From positions 1 through 64,000 of IMG/VR virus record IMGVR_UViG_3300033121_000493: a DNA stretch of 64,000 nt; one strand, 5' to 3'. Below, piece by piece: positions 1-8,977 of the stretch. The notes under the pieces were generated by a model. It saw only the letters and a list, made by a program, of their open reading frames with translations, searched no databases and was not told the DNA's origin. Position numbers and translations under genes: made by a program. The number at the start of each line of letters is the position of its first letter. The first letter of the stretch is position 1. Source of the DNA: a virus. Taxonomy: Duplodnaviria; Caudoviricetes.

Positions 1-76
1 TCTTCCCAATACCACAGTTGGCACGGTGGCAGCGGCGGCAGTTGCGATTGGATTACTTGGGCAGTTGCGTTGGCGT

Positions 77-346
77 TCATGGTTGCGATTCCTCTCTCGC
101 TTTGAGCATGGCGTCGGCGATTTCGTACGCTTGTCTGGCGACTCCCATCGGGTCGATCCACTTGCCACCGCCTTGCTGGTATTCGGTGCTCGTGTCCCTG
201 CCAGTCCATCGCGGGTCGTTTCCGTCAGCGCTCAGCATTCCCGCCAACGCCTGCCCAGCGAACCAATCGCGAAGCGACATGCCGGGAATGGTCGGGTAAA
301 TGCCGTTCATCTTGACAACCGGGAACGCTGGTCCACCGTCTTTCAT
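77..346 (-). CDS. Conserved small phage hypothetical protein (GGPAFP...GMSLRDWFAGQAL...AY.IADAML family)
   Basis: Recognisable widespread phage motif; start reassigned to ATG 346, which overlaps the upstream stop (ATGA). Confidence 0.8.
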   Translation of the reverse strand: MKDGGPAFPVVKMNGIYPTIPGMSLRDWFAGQALAGMLSADGNDPRWTGRDTSTEYQQGGGKWIDPMGVARQAYEIADAMLKAREESQP

Positions 347-564
347 GGTTGTTCCTTGGTTGTCGGTTGCGACTGCGCAACGTGCCTCGGATTGCGAGCA
401 CTGTAAATGACTGCGGTTGTCATAATCACAAGTATAATTGCACAAGTAACAGCGTATACGATAAATCCATATCGTTCTGCCACATAGAATAACGCAAACC
501 CACACCCGGCCAGCACTGCGAGTACCGCCGTCGCGATCGTCAGGCAGACTAAAGTCTCAATCAT
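343..564 (-). CDS. Small two-TM membrane protein
   Basis: Two hydrophobic stretches; ATGA overlaps at both ends. Confidence 0.7.
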   Translation of the reverse strand: MIETLVCLTIATAVLAVLAGCGFALFYVAERYGFIVYAVTCAIILVIMTTAVIYSARNPRHVAQSQPTTKEQP

Positions 565-1130
565 GTACGATCCTCATTCAGCCGCTTGGCTTCTTCCTCG
601 GCTCGCTTCTCGGCATCAGGGTAGTAGCTTAAACTCCATAGTGCTACATGTTTCATCTCTTCGGAATCCCAAACACCCCAATCTGAACTTGTTTGAATTA
701 GTTTATACCTCAGCGGCTTCTCCAGCGCCAACGGCACAAACTCGCCGTTTCGGCCGCACGTTCCAAGCTGGCTAACGCGTACGGCTTTGTAGGGCTGCTC
801 CGGTACGCGCGTATTAGCTCCTCCAGATACGCCAAGCGGGCCGTTGTATTCGTCCGATCGAATTTCTCCTTTTGCCCACGCCGTTCGCGGCGCACCGTCG
901 GGTAGGTACGCCATTGCGTCACGTGGGGTATCAGAAGCTAACTTAATAGCAGGCTCTTCTTTCGGTATGTCAAGAATCTTTTCCAATTTGTTCAGCCTGT
1001 TAGATAGAAGACATATGTAATCCCAGCAGTGCGTATCTCCGGCGTTTGGATATCCATGCGCCTTACACAGATCACGCAGGCCCGTTCGAATTTGTTCTAC
1101 ATCTTGCGTTCGATCAAGTTTTTCACTCAC
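561..1130 (-). CDS. Hypothetical protein
   Basis: ORF packed between neighbours; C-terminal A..EA.RLN motif shared with other accessory genes. Confidence 0.7.
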   Translation of the reverse strand: MSEKLDRTQDVEQIRTGLRDLCKAHGYPNAGDTHCWDYICLLSNRLNKLEKILDIPKEEPAIKLASDTPRDAMAYLPDGAPRTAWAKGEIRSDEYNGPLGVSGGANTRVPEQPYKAVRVSQLGTCGRNGEFVPLALEKPLRYKLIQTSSDWGVWDSEEMKHVALWSLSYYPDAEKRAEEEAKRLNEDRT

Positions 1131-1320
1131 GTTTGTTGTCCTTTGGTTGATGGCATAGACAATTGGTGCCGTAATCTGCGCGTGTAATGTTTGGATCAGC
1201 GTTGTTGGACAGTGACTTTATGCGCTCTGTAAGCCAAATTGGAACTGGAAAACGACAATGCCCCCACTGATGGCGGGATTCTTCAAAATGGCTACATGTC
1301 CCACAGCGCTTATCGTTCAT
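1123..1320 (-). CDS. Small Cys4 metal-binding protein
   Basis: DKRCGTC...GHC.FPVP...GTNC; homologous to the C-terminal half of 2581..2970. Confidence 0.7.
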   Translation of the reverse strand: MNDKRCGTCSHFEESRHQWGHCRFPVPIWLTERIKSLSNNADPNITRADYGTNCLCHQPKDNKRE

Positions 1321-1892
1321 CGCGCCGGTTCATAATTACATAGCGCAATGTCAGGGGCTGTTGGATAATATTTTCGAATAATGTTGGCACACTGCAATTG
1401 TAGCGCGTCAACATCTAACCTATCCGTTATACACACTAAGCTCCATACCACAGTATGCGCAATGGTTGTGTTTGACCAGTAAGCCGTGGCAATAGCACAA
1501 GACACCGCGTTATTTATACACGCTAATACTCGCGAGCGTGCTGTTCCGTATGCCATACATGTATCATTTGCTGCAGCGCGCAACATATCAAATGACACAT
1601 TTGTATCGCCGCGCGCCCAGCGTTCAGCCGTCTCAATAGCAATTAGTAATTGTATCTCTGGTATAGGTATGAGTTCGAATTTTAGCTTAATACACTCACA
1701 CAAGGCTAGAACTAGTGAACGCCTGATATCACTAAACGGTTCACTGGATACTCTTCCAGCTAGCCACAGCATCCAGCCGCCGTTACTACACGATTGCCAT
1801 GCATCTTCTAACGAATTGTATTTTTTCGCCCACGCAATAGCTTCGGCACATGCACCTAGGCGTAGTAACTCATCTATCCAGTATACTTTCAC
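1317..1892 (-). CDS. Imm5-like helical protein, paralog 1
   Basis: AW..C..G.WMLWLAGR...LVLA.CEC...AIETAERWARGD motif. Confidence 0.6.
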   Translation of the reverse strand: MKVYWIDELLRLGACAEAIAWAKKYNSLEDAWQSCSNGGWMLWLAGRVSSEPFSDIRRSLVLALCECIKLKFELIPIPEIQLLIAIETAERWARGDTNVSFDMLRAAANDTCMAYGTARSRVLACINNAVSCAIATAYWSNTTIAHTVVWSLVCITDRLDVDALQLQCANIIRKYYPTAPDIALCNYEPAR

Positions 1893-2599
1893 GTTGATTC
1901 ACCATTCCACAGCTTTGCCGTGGCTACGGCGATAGCTTCATCTAGCGGCGGTCCCCATATACTTTTATCAGCAGTATTCGTCAGCCTCCACTTTCCAGGT
2001 TCATGCGAGTCTGGCACTGGTTGATATTTTGGTGATTCTATAGGCTGTTTATCTTGTTCAGATTCATTCGCTGGCTTATCCCATACTAGCGGTGTAAGTC
2101 CAATCTCTGGGACTCTAGGAAAGTACTCTCGAATTAGATTTGCAGCTTGTTTATTATATTCCTGCACTAAACTTTCAACTTCAGACTTGTCTAGCTGTTT
2201 ACTATGATTGGCGATAGCAGTGTAGACTAGATCCGACGCGGCGGCTGCAATGCCCCACGTTACATCTTTTTTGCGATCTATCCAACACTTCATTGTTTCA
2301 ATAGCTACACGTAAACTATCGGTAAATGGTACTTCTAATACTTGAATTATTAGTTGTGTAATTTTACAGTCGATATGTGCTACTTTACGGCTATATGAGG
2401 TGTCCAGGTTAGCCATAGAATAGTTGGATATTGGCCACGTAAGCAACCACAACATTGCGCTAGCGTCAGTACATTCTTGCCACATAGCCTGTAGAGAATC
2501 ATATCTACGCGCGTTTTCATAAAAATTTTCTTTTATGTGCTCTACACTAACTTTGTACTTACCAATTTCTCTTAGCTGATCTACCCAGTGTTGTTGCAT
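1889..2599 (-). CDS. Imm5-like helical protein, divergent paralog 2
   Basis: HWVDQL...YDSLQAMWQEC...AMLWLL...AIETMKCW matches 1317..1892 and 7750..8346. Confidence 0.55.
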   Translation of the reverse strand: MQQHWVDQLREIGKYKVSVEHIKENFYENARRYDSLQAMWQECTDASAMLWLLTWPISNYSMANLDTSYSRKVAHIDCKITQLIIQVLEVPFTDSLRVAIETMKCWIDRKKDVTWGIAAAASDLVYTAIANHSKQLDKSEVESLVQEYNKQAANLIREYFPRVPEIGLTPLVWDKPANESEQDKQPIESPKYQPVPDSHEPGKWRLTNTADKSIWGPPLDEAIAVATAKLWNGEST

Positions 2600-2970
2600 T
2601 CGGCTTCAGCTACTCCTTTTGGCTTGTACCCAACACAATCTGCTCCTTCACTTTCGTGTGTCCAGCGTCTTTCAAAATTAGGCTCTATTGAATTTGGAAC
2701 AGGAGCTCCGCAAGAGCCATAGACTACACCGTATTGAAGATGTTGTTCGCGCTGCCACCAGTCACATGTCGCGCACCGCTTATCGGTAACTTGTACGTTA
2801 AGCTTTACGCGGTGATTCCATCTTTTACCGTGATCCCGCTCCTCGCCGGTCTCTAGCCGACATCCGCAATAAGTGCAGGTGTAGATCGTGCTGTGTTTGC
2901 CGTTACCGTAGCGTTCAATTTTAGCTTTATTGCCGCAAAACGGGCATGGGTCTAGCTGCTCATTTGACAT
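2581..2970 (-). CDS. Lar-family (restriction alleviation) zinc ribbon fused to a second Cys4 domain
   Basis: LDPCPFCG...CTYCG...WNHR Lar-type pattern; start reassigned to MSNEQ at 2970. Confidence 0.65.
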   Translation of the reverse strand: MSNEQLDPCPFCGNKAKIERYGNGKHSTIYTCTYCGCRLETGEERDHGKRWNHRVKLNVQVTDKRCATCDWWQREQHLQYGVVYGSCGAPVPNSIEPNFERRWTHESEGADCVGYKPKGVAEAECNNTG

Positions 2971-3211
2971 TGGCGATGAGATCTTTGCGGGCTTTGTCCA
3001 GCAGTTCTTGTAGCTTATTTTGGATCGCAGCAAATGTCTCGGCATCCTCGCGCGAGTTAAACCCACCACTAAACCGACGCGGTTCTTTTGTGTCGATTAC
3101 TCGCCAGTGGAACTCTCGTCGCCAAAACAGATAGTTGCCACGATACTCCACAACGAACTGTTGCGGTTTGTCATTATTCGTAATCCCGTAAAACTCAACG
3201 GTTCCCATCAC
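2960..3211 (-). CDS. Hypothetical protein
   Basis: Fills the gap with short overlaps to both neighbours. Confidence 0.65.
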   Translation of the reverse strand: MMGTVEFYGITNNDKPQQFVVEYRGNYLFWRREFHWRVIDTKEPRRFSGGFNSREDAETFAAIQNKLQELLDKARKDLIANVK

Positions 3212-3551
3212 CCGTCTCCATACACGTATTTACCAACTCTACAAAATGTGCTTGTGCGGCAACAATAACTTCAGCTTCAGTTGCGCCATACCATTCTGGC
3301 CGTATGGTCGATGTGAGTAGTAGCCACGGTGTAAATTTGCACTTCCAAAGATTCTGCTTGACTTCATGAGTGGTGTAGCGCCCAAACAACGTACTACACT
3401 CACCGCAGTCAAATGCTAACTGTTTAACTTTAGGTATATGCTTCTCAATAATGTTAGCCATTTTGTCTGCAGATATTTCGGGGTCGCCCAAATGCTCGCC
3501 TGATATCTCATCTGCGGCTCTAACTGCGTAATCTGATGGTTTGTTAGTCAT
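3195..3551 (-). CDS. Hypothetical protein
   Basis: Start reassigned to MTNKPS (3551), overlapping the stop of the upstream zinc-finger ORF. Confidence 0.65.
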   Translation of the reverse strand: MTNKPSDYAVRAADEISGEHLGDPEISADKMANIIEKHIPKVKQLAFDCGECSTLFGRYTTHEVKQNLWKCKFTPWLLLTSTIRPEWYGATEAEVIVAAQAHFVELVNTCMETGDGNR

Positions 3552-3714
3552 CTTGCTTCGCACAAAAGGGACACCCATGTTTATGTCTTGAACACCGTAC
3601 GCTTTTACAATCACTACAAGTTATTGCAACAGCCTTAGATAGTTTTATATGACAAGCCTGGCATTCAATTATGATATCATGATCTTTGTTTTTTTCCTGT
3701 TGTGGTTTGTCCAT
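3544..3714 (-). CDS. 56-aa two-zinc finger protein (absent from the ORF track)
   Basis: Hand translation MDKPQQEKNKDHDIIIECQACHIKLSKAVAITCSDCKSVRCSRHKHGCPFCAKQDD; fills the gap exactly. Confidence 0.75.
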   Translation of the reverse strand: MDKPQQEKNKDHDIIIECQACHIKLSKAVAITCSDCKSVRCSRHKHGCPFCAKQDD

Positions 3715-3729
3715 GTTCTCACGCTTTTG

Positions 3730-4032
3730 CTAGGAGACAATGTTATTAGACTTGGTATCTGGGAACGGACACCACTTAGTCAGCGGGTACGGATATGTAG
3801 CTTCACTACTGTACCACCCGTCAGTAGCGATGTCATATACTTCTGACGAGCGCCATTGAACTACTACAGGAATTGTTGCACGGTCCCAAGTTCCAAGAAT
3901 CCACGTTCCGTCTTTTGGCGCTGTATCTATAGGCTGCCAGCGATATGGGTAATGCTTATTAATTATCGCTCTGAGCCAATCTGGATCTAGGTAATCTACA
4001 TCATTTGTTATTTTTGTAATCCAATCACTCAT
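3730..4032 (-). CDS. DUF551-like phage protein
   Basis: WQPIDTAPKDGTWIL...W...TKWCPFP motif; start reassigned to 4032 (ATGA overlap). Confidence 0.7.
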   Translation of the reverse strand: MSDWITKITNDVDYLDPDWLRAIINKHYPYRWQPIDTAPKDGTWILGTWDRATIPVVVQWRSSEVYDIATDGWYSSEATYPYPLTKWCPFPDTKSNNIVS

Positions 4033-4547
4033 GCCTTGCCCTCCAGTGCAGCGTCTAAGCCACACGAACAAAGTACGTTTGATCCAGCGTTTGCCTTTGC
4101 AGTTGCTTGTTTTTGCTCGCAGGTATCGCTATGCCGCCCATATTTCTGCAACGCCTCCCGCAACCGCTCGTTGTCGGCCCACCGCTTAATTACGATCTCC
4201 GCCGCATCGAGACACGCCTGCTTCCAGCCGTAATTGGCGATGTAGTGCCCACCGTCACCATGAATGACTGCCAAGAGGTTTCCTGCGTCCTGCTGCAACC
4301 GCCCCGCTTCCTCGGCGGCGGTGAGGAGTTCGTCTAGATCATTGACGACGGCAGCAATTAGGGCAGCGTTGGGACGGCACAAAGAACCTTGGCCCCGAGC
4401 AACAACTTCAACGTCCGTGTAGATGTTCTTGTACGGTCCATTACCATTTCCATCGTACGACTCGGTATCCATCCGTCCGGGCTGCCATTCGCCCTGATCT
4501 GCCGCCGCGCGCAACTCTCGCAATTTCTTCAACCGTTCCGCCGTCAT
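4029..4547 (-). CDS. Ead/Ea22-like phage protein
   Basis: LRELRAAA..GEW...NAALIAA..N.L.ELL motif; start reassigned to MTAER (4547). Confidence 0.6.
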   Translation of the reverse strand: MTAERLKKLRELRAAADQGEWQPGRMDTESYDGNGNGPYKNIYTDVEVVARGQGSLCRPNAALIAAVVNDLDELLTAAEEAGRLQQDAGNLLAVIHGDGGHYIANYGWKQACLDAAEIVIKRWADNERLREALQKYGRHSDTCEQKQATAKANAGSNVLCSCGLDAALEGKA

Positions 4548-4837
4548 TACGCGCCCGCCTTTTGTGTTGTTCGAAGCATTCGCGCCTGATTCAACATGGT
4601 CTCGGCATCCTTTCGAGACTCGGCCATTGCCGCGACGGATTGCAGCAGGCGAAGCTCGGAATCCGCATTGACCCACGCGCGAATCGCCGTGCCGATTACG
4701 TCGCCGATTGTGGTGATTTCGTCGAGCGTGATGTTGTGCCCTGCCAACCAAGTGCTGTCGTCTAGCTTGCAGCACCCGTTCTCGAATCCTTCGGCAAGCT
4801 CCCGAAGGATTTGCTGGTTGCGTGAGTATTCAGCCAT
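4547..4837 (-). CDS. Hypothetical protein
   Basis: Coupled to neighbours; start reassigned to MAEYS. Confidence 0.65.
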   Translation of the reverse strand: MAEYSRNQQILRELAEGFENGCCKLDDSTWLAGHNITLDEITTIGDVIGTAIRAWVNADSELRLLQSVAAMAESRKDAETMLNQARMLRTTQKAGA

Positions 4838-5160
4838 CACGCACCGCCTTTCGCCGCAAGCTCGCAGTGCAGGCGGTTGAGTTCGGCGGCGAACCACTCG
4901 GCGCTTAGAGGGTTGAGGCCGTGAACACTCGTACCGTTCGGGAATCGCACTGCGGCTCCGACCACCTTGTACGCCTCCGGCTCCGGCGCTACCGTCACGC
5001 GGGCGGGATCGACGGGGCGCACGATGTCGTGTATTCCGCCAGACTGGCGATGGTAATCATCCCAAGAAACGACGTTTCCATTTTTGTCGATGTATCGCTC
5101 ACCGTACCGAACTTGCCGCCGGTCGATGATCTCGTACGTTATGTACCTGCTCTCAGACAC
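4837..5160 (-). CDS. Hypothetical protein, paralog of 5571..5882
   Basis: YG..Y.D.NG.V..W...PAR..V.P..Y.V.G...A.ELNRL shared. Confidence 0.7.
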   Translation of the reverse strand: MSESRYITYEIIDRRQVRYGERYIDKNGNVVSWDDYHRQSGGIHDIVRPVDPARVTVAPEPEAYKVVGAAVRFPNGTSVHGLNPLSAEWFAAELNRLHCELAAKGGA

Positions 5161-5578
5161 CGCTAGACTCCTTGTAAGTTTTAATTGCCAGTGCTAGCAC
5201 TTCGGCGTGTTTGTGTACCGGTGCTGTTACAAACGCCTTTATCCAGTTGGGGTGTTTTGACATCCATTCGCCGTCACCCTCAGCTTGAATGGAAACAAGA
5301 TCACGAGCCGCGTTGTCACCGATTGGCGCAAGACCCATTAGCTTACACCATACCCGCATTACATCAGCGTGACTTGTGAGGTACGATGGTAGTAGTGGGT
5401 GCAGGCTACCGCCACCGCCCTGCGGGCCTGGCAGATCGCCAAGAAGCTGCCCACGACAATGACAATCTTGGTGACACTGTCGAATATTCCGATATCCTTC
5501 AAATATCGCCAGTTCCTTGACGATCTCGTCAGCAGTCATTATGTTTTCTACCGGCTGTAATTTAATCTGCTTAGGCAT
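5153..5578 (-). CDS. Phage ABA-sandwich/NinX-like hypothetical protein
   Basis: ELA..EG...LPSYLTS.A.V..V motif; weak. Confidence 0.45.
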   Translation of the reverse strand: MPKQIKLQPVENIMTADEIVKELAIFEGYRNIRQCHQDCHCRGQLLGDLPGPQGGGGSLHPLLPSYLTSHADVMRVWCKLMGLAPIGDNAARDLVSIQAEGDGEWMSKHPNWIKAFVTAPVHKHAEVLALAIKTYKESSGV

Positions 5579-5882
5579 TTTCTAGGTTATCCCAGTAAAG
5601 CCTGTTTAATTCTTCAGCCACCGCTTTTGCTGTATGAGTATCGGGCATAAGCCACCACTTATTGTCGCTACGCCGATATATAGTACCACCAATAACGTAG
5701 TACGCGTCTGGTACCACGCTGATACGCGCAGGATTGATTCGAACCAGAGCAAGTTGTTCCGTAACCGATTCTGCATTCGTCCACACAGCAACTTTACCGT
5801 TACCATCAAGATACTGACCACCATACCCAATATGTTTAATTCCATCTTGTCGAAACACAATGATTTTGTCGTCTTTTGACAT
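5571..5882 (-). CDS. Hypothetical protein, paralog of 4837..5160
   Basis: Shared motifs; start reassigned to MSKDD (5882). Confidence 0.7.
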   Translation of the reverse strand: MSKDDKIIVFRQDGIKHIGYGGQYLDGNGKVAVWTNAESVTEQLALVRINPARISVVPDAYYVIGGTIYRRSDNKWWLMPDTHTAKAVAEELNRLYWDNLENA

Positions 5883-5889
5883 GGCTTTC

Positions 5890-6420
5890 CTAACCGGGTT
5901 TCCCTTCTTTTGCTGCGTCAAAACCGCATTCGCACGCAGAGTCATCATCTTCAAAATGACACGGACAATCTATTCCGTGATCGCCGTACTTACTCAGCGC
6001 AGCTTCCAGCCGAGCAATTTCGGCGCGCAGGAACTCAACTTCGCTTTTCGCGATAGATTCAGCTTCAAGAATCAACAACTCAATAGCAACACCGGGGCTG
6101 CTAGGTTCTTTAAGCTCAGGATTACTAGCACGCATATCTTCGTCGTACCCGTTGTGCCGTGACTTAATTGCAACTTCATATTTACGTAGTCTATCAATCT
6201 CTCTGCGCATGGCACTTACGGTTGGATAGTCGCTGTAGTCTTCTGTATCGACGAATTTCCGTAATAGTTTTTGATCTTCATACGCAGCCAATAACTCATC
6301 TAGTTCATCTTTAGGAATTCCAATATATCCAGGTGGAGATAATGGGCACTGCATCATTACTAGTTGCGGCTGTTTAGCCTGTAATTCTTTGATGCGTTCT
6401 GGTGTAAGCTCAGTAGCCAC
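5890..6420 (-). CDS. Coiled-coil protein with C-terminal H/C metal knuckle
   Basis: AL.KYG.H..DC...C.CG.DAA also ends 4029..4547. Confidence 0.65.
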   Translation of the reverse strand: MATELTPERIKELQAKQPQLVMMQCPLSPPGYIGIPKDELDELLAAYEDQKLLRKFVDTEDYSDYPTVSAMRREIDRLRKYEVAIKSRHNGYDEDMRASNPELKEPSSPGVAIELLILEAESIAKSEVEFLRAEIARLEAALSKYGDHGIDCPCHFEDDDSACECGFDAAKEGKPG

Positions 6421-6640
6421 TGCTGGTATCTCCTGGTTCGTTGTTGCGCGTATACGCTAACCTATCAATTTGAACAACGTATTTACGTTTTGTTTTTGGT
6501 GTTATCAACGTAGCTAATCCGTTTTCTACTTTAGCTAGCCGAAACACAGCGCCGGTTTCCCAGCCTAGTACGTGCACCATATTGTTTACCATTGCACTTA
6601 CTTTTTCAGCCGGTATAGGTACTAGTGGTCGCTGGGGCAT
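6410..6640 (-). CDS. Small SH3/KOW-like hypothetical protein
   Basis: Beta-rich 76-aa ORF packed between neighbours. Confidence 0.55.
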   Translation of the reverse strand: MPQRPLVPIPAEKVSAMVNNMVHVLGWETGAVFRLAKVENGLATLITPKTKRKYVVQIDRLAYTRNNEPGDTSSGY

Positions 6641-7277
6641 GACTTTTCAAATCTCTCCAAATCTGAATGCTGTTTTTTGGCGACCACACACCTGTATCGC
6701 GGTATTCCATATCGCACTTCGCCCACGGAATACGTTGAGGTACGCAGCATTCCATAGCCAGTACGCCCATACGGCTATAGTTTGTTGGAACACCAACCGC
6801 GTGAACAAGCTTAGCGTGAGAATGTACCGCGACGACTACGACTGGACCACCGAGACAGTCGATAAATTCAGGCATATCTTCTGCCTTGGCTTTGATAGCC
6901 GTTACTCGTCGACACCCTTCTGGCGTACCGCGTGTCAGAGGATCGACTGAGTAACAGTCCCACTTAGAGCGTACTGCAAAAGTAGCTGCTGTTCTTGGTG
7001 TCACACCGTCACCAACTACTACTAACTTAACGGCTGGATCATTACGGTGGTAGGCCTCCATATAGCGTACAACACCCCAGTATGCGGCAAATGACTCAGT
7101 AACTTCTTTAGCGTTTGGAAACACACGCCAGGCGAGAAGATCTGCGGCACATGCAGTTGACATGAAATCGTTCAAATAGCGTCGGCTTGCTTCGTTAAAT
7201 TCACGTCTATGGCGTTCGTATGCGGCGCTGAACGCATCAAATTCAGATACGGCACGTTTGCAGTTATGTGCCTTCAC
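6606..7277 (-). CDS. Rossmann-fold, class I SAM methyltransferase-like protein
   Basis: VVVGDGVTPRT (motif I-like), SVDP (motif II-like), AVHSH, MECC; fold inferred by eye. Confidence 0.45.
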   Translation of the reverse strand: MKAHNCKRAVSEFDAFSAAYERHRREFNEASRRYLNDFMSTACAADLLAWRVFPNAKEVTESFAAYWGVVRYMEAYHRNDPAVKLVVVGDGVTPRTAATFAVRSKWDCYSVDPLTRGTPEGCRRVTAIKAKAEDMPEFIDCLGGPVVVVAVHSHAKLVHAVGVPTNYSRMGVLAMECCVPQRIPWAKCDMEYRDTGVWSPKNSIQIWRDLKSHAPATTSTYTG

Positions 7278-7537
7278 GATTTTACATCTAGCGTTGTGGA
7301 CATGGAAGAAGTTGGTTGCTTATGTCTAGGATGTTCTCGCTCATAGTTATACTGTACACTAGCAAAAAACGCAGTTACCCATACAAACGCAAATATTACA
7401 AACATCACTAAATTAGATGTAGCAGGCCGCTCACTAGCTTCTATCACATATATGAGCCACAGAAATAGTATTATTCCGCCAAGAATAAGTCCCGATATCA
7501 GAGCACCCGTAAGTAATGAAGACGTTACAAGGTCCAA
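7274..7537 (-). CDS. Two-TM membrane protein
   Basis: Two hydrophobic helices; AAGGAG SD upstream of the TTG start. Confidence 0.7.
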   Translation of the reverse strand: MDLVTSSLLTGALISGLILGGIILFLWLIYVIEASERPATSNLVMFVIFAFVWVTAFFASVQYNYEREHPRHKQPTSSMSTTLDVKS

Positions 7538-7603
7538 AGGATTCTCCTTCTGGGTGTGCGGTTGTCGCCAATACCTAAAAATTAATACGTTACAAGCATG
7601 TCA

Positions 7604-7633
7604 ACGTACGGCAGGGTTTCCCCCACCGTACGT
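7604..7633 (-). promoter_or_regulatory. Intergenic RNA hairpin with a GAAA-containing loop
   Basis: Minus strand ACGTACGGTGGGGGAAACCCTGCCGTACGT; no U-tract immediately after. Confidence 0.5.
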
Positions 7634-7749
7634 CGATATGCAGAAGCTTTGACCAGCACAATTCAATTTGGTATAGCACTCGAATGAGTTCTATTTTTCC
7701 AGATTGAAATTGTTTTCTGATCGTATGGCCGAGCCGTGGTCGATTGGTG

Positions 7750-8346
7750 TCAGTCTCTTAATGGGTGTTGCCACGCGCGACTCTGCGGTGCGGTTGGATA
7801 GTACTTGTGCACGATGGCAGCTGATTTTTTCAGTGATGCCAAAAACGCCACAGACTTCATAACGGCCATCTGACGCTCCGCGTACGCCTCCGCCGCCCAC
7901 GCCGCTGCAGAGTATGCCTGGTCCGCCGGGCATAACAGATGCGCCGAGTGAGCTGCATTTGCCGCAGCCGCAGCAGCCCACTTAATAACATTATCCTCCG
8001 CCATATGTGCGGCATCCACCGCAAACTCTGCCGCCCTCGCGACGTCGCCGAGTGAGACGCTTTTGTCTTGCCTCGCCCACCGCTCTGCTAATTCGACCGC
8101 AATTCGTGGACGGTCTTCGCTTGGCGGAACAAAGCCTAGCGAAAGCCGAGCACATTCGCACGACGCCAGTACGATGGTTTTCCTTTCAGGGCCGATTGCA
8201 CAACGACCAGCGAGCCACAGCATCCAATCGCCTCGCTCGCGCGCCTGCCATGCGTCCTCTAGAGAGTCGTAACCCTGTGCCCATTTCACAGTATCTTCGT
8301 CCATCTGCTGTTTCAAAGCGTCAGACCAGTGCCGCTTGGTAGCCAT
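7750..8346 (-). CDS. Imm5-like helical protein, paralog 3
   Basis: VLASCECAR......P.EDRPRIAVELAERWAR...AAAAAA.AAH typical of Imm5-like domains; start reassigned to MATKR (8346). Confidence 0.65.
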   Translation of the reverse strand: MATKRHWSDALKQQMDEDTVKWAQGYDSLEDAWQARERGDWMLWLAGRCAIGPERKTIVLASCECARLSLGFVPPSEDRPRIAVELAERWARQDKSVSLGDVARAAEFAVDAAHMAEDNVIKWAAAAAANAAHSAHLLCPADQAYSAAAWAAEAYAERQMAVMKSVAFLASLKKSAAIVHKYYPTAPQSRAWQHPLRD

Positions 8347-8365
8347 TGTTTCCCTTTCACGGCTA

Positions 8366-8977
8366 TTACTTGTTGCTCGCTTTGACGGCGTCCAGTTCAC
8401 ACAGCGTAAGCTCGTACTTCTCGCGCAGATTAGACAGCGCAATTTCCAGCGAGCAGATCTCAGTATTCTTGGCCTGCAATCGTTCGATCTGCTTGCACAT
8501 TGATCCAAAGAACCAATAAACAGCAGCGTCGTCAGGCGTGCGGTACCCGGTGTAATTGCGGCGCACCATGATGGACGGACGGTACCCAGTACTATAGCTG
8601 GGCACTGAGGTATAAGGCGCAGTGTTGACAGTTGGAGCTGGAGTTGGCGCAGGCGCAGGTCTGGAAGCAGCAGCTGGAGCATAAGTCGGCTGTGACGTCG
8701 GTGACGCGTAGTACTTATGACGCCAAAACGCAGCGTCCTCCTTGGCTGCCTTCAGATCTACCATCGCTTGCGCAAGTTGCCGGTCCGCGCGTTCAATTGT
8801 GTTGCTGGCAGTGACGAGCATGGTGTTGGCAGCAGCAAGGCTGTCAATAGCGTAAAACTTCTCGCTGTAGGCGGCGAAAGCAAAGCACGCCAGCGCGACG
8901 ATCGCCGCCGCAACGCAGTAGTCGCTCCAGTGAAGTGAAGTTACATTGTTGATCGTCTTTTTCAGGAATGCCGACAT
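8366..8977 (-). CDS. Membrane-anchored coiled-coil protein with Pro/Ala linker
   Basis: N-terminal TM helix, heptad regions, PAPAPTPAP linker; strong AAGGAG SD. Confidence 0.75.
   Translation of the reverse strand: MSAFLKKTINNVTSLHWSDYCVAAAIVALACFAFAAYSEKFYAIDSLAAANTMLVTASNTIERADRQLAQAMVDLKAAKEDAAFWRHKYYASPTSQPTYAPAAASRPAPAPTPAPTVNTAPYTSVPSYSTGYRPSIMVRRNYTGYRTPDDAAVYWFFGSMCKQIERLQAKNTEICSLEIALSNLREKYELTLCELDAVKASNK

Noticed and set aside
8366-8977. Spanin call for the TM plus coiled-coil protein
   Set aside because: No adjacent or embedded lipoprotein (o-spanin) with a clear lipobox and no lysis-gene context
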